Positions 63,248-64,000 of a stretch of DNA of 64,000 nt are shown in pieces. The translations under genes and the position numbers were made by a program. Under the pieces are notes generated by a model. That model saw only the letters and a program-made list of their open reading frames with translations. It was not told where the DNA came from and did not search any database. The DNA comes from Rhodospirillales bacterium. GTDB taxonomy: Bacteria; Pseudomonadota; Alphaproteobacteria; Rhodospirillales; Defluviicoccaceae. The stretch covers positions 17,768 to 81,767 of the forward strand of contig JADJRE010000014.1 in assembly GCA_016712375.1 (NCBI GenBank). Reading direction: 5' to 3'. Positions within the stretch are counted from its first letter, which is position 1. Each line of letters begins with the position of its first letter.

Positions 63248-64000
63248 ATGCCTGAACACGCCGTTTATCTGGGTCGGGAATGGAACATCGAGCACGACCA
63301 GCGCGCCAAGGTCAGCAATGCTGAGCTGCGCTACGCTGTGGTCGGTGAAGGCGAGCCGGTGCTGTTCATCCATGGCACCAGCATCGCCGACAGCCTGATC
63401 ACGCCCATGCGTTTCTTCCCGGCGCTTTTCGAGGATTACAAGCTTATCAGTTACTACCGCGCCGGTTACAACGGGAGCGCGCTGGAAAAAAGCAGCCTCA
63501 GCATCGAGGAGGGGGCCGAGCACGCGCGACAGTTGCTGGACCATCTCGGCATCGACAAGGCCCACATCGTCGCCTTTTCGTTCGGCGGCGTTATTGCTTT
63601 TCAGTTCCTGCTGTCCTTCCCGGAACGGGCGCACTCGGCAGTGTTGTTGAGCCCTATTTGCCGCGTGAAGAACCAGCGGCTGTGCACGCCAATCTCGATG
63701 CGTTTGTCCGTGCCAACGAGCTTTACCAGCAGGGAGACAAGCTGGGCGCGGCGCAGCTTTACATGGAGCTGGTGTGCGGGCCGTCTTTTCTAGGCTCGGT
63801 GGAGATGACCAACCCGCTCGACGTCTGGCGGCGGGTGGAAGAGTGCGTCGACACGACATTTACAGTAGATTTCGCGGCGATTACCGCCTGGGCTTTCCGC
63901 ATGTCGCAAGCTGACCAGATGGTGGCGCGCAAGCCCGCGATGCCGATCCTTGCGGTGATGGGGATGGACAGCGAATCCGCCATGCCGGGTTTCCGCGAAA
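63248..64000 (+). pseudogene. alpha/beta hydrolase, frame broken once as sequenced and truncated by the window edge
   Basis: ORF 63248..63793: PVLFIHGTS...HIVAFSFGGVIAFQ (nucleophile elbow). After ...HSAVLL (about 63649) the homology-like sequence continues in the -1 frame (EPYLPREEPAAVHANLDAFVRANELYQQGDKLGAAQLYMELVCGPSF...) to the window end. Confidence 0.7.

Overview
GC-rich alphaproteobacterial chromosomal segment. The synteny looks Bradyrhizobiaceae-like (tlpA divergent from argH, a gloB/methyltransferase pair, dprA-topA-rnr); this is inference from gene order only. No rRNA, tRNA, CRISPR array, transposase or integrase was recognised. Contents, left to right:

- cytochrome b561/YceI pair and opgH.
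- A divergent cluster of GTP-cyclohydrolase-II-like, RibD-C-like, creatininase-family, SAM-methyltransferase, GT4 glycosyltransferase, atypical PTPS-fold and MDR dehydrogenase genes. I read it as an uncharacterised GTP-derived pteridine/pyrimidine pathway.
- A large corrin-ring block of the early-cobalt-insertion type: cbiX, cobH fused to an unknown domain, cobL, one cobI-cbiG-cobJ ORF, cobM, cbiD, cobK and cobB. SCO, COG2836-type and TerB-like genes sit inside it.
- typA, then a TPP riboswitch followed by thiC.
- An orphan BrnA-like antitoxin.
- Housekeeping genes: gloB, GST, pepP, tlpA, argH, dprA, topA, rnr.
- A damaged multicopper oxidase.
- At the right end, a LuxR regulator with a GNAT/C39-peptidase gene translationally coupled to an RLAN-RimK ATP-grasp gene.
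- Last, an operon of AGE-like, tandem DJ-1/PfpI, ThDP-enzyme and alpha/beta-hydrolase genes of unknown function.

The most pervasive feature is about twenty reading-frame breaks in conserved genes. Most are one-base length changes in short homopolymers, which probably reflects assembly quality. One nonsense substitution (ribA-like) and one internal deletion (multicopper oxidase) are a different kind of lesion. Many long ORFs in the six-frame track are antisense shadows of real genes in GC-rich DNA and were not called.
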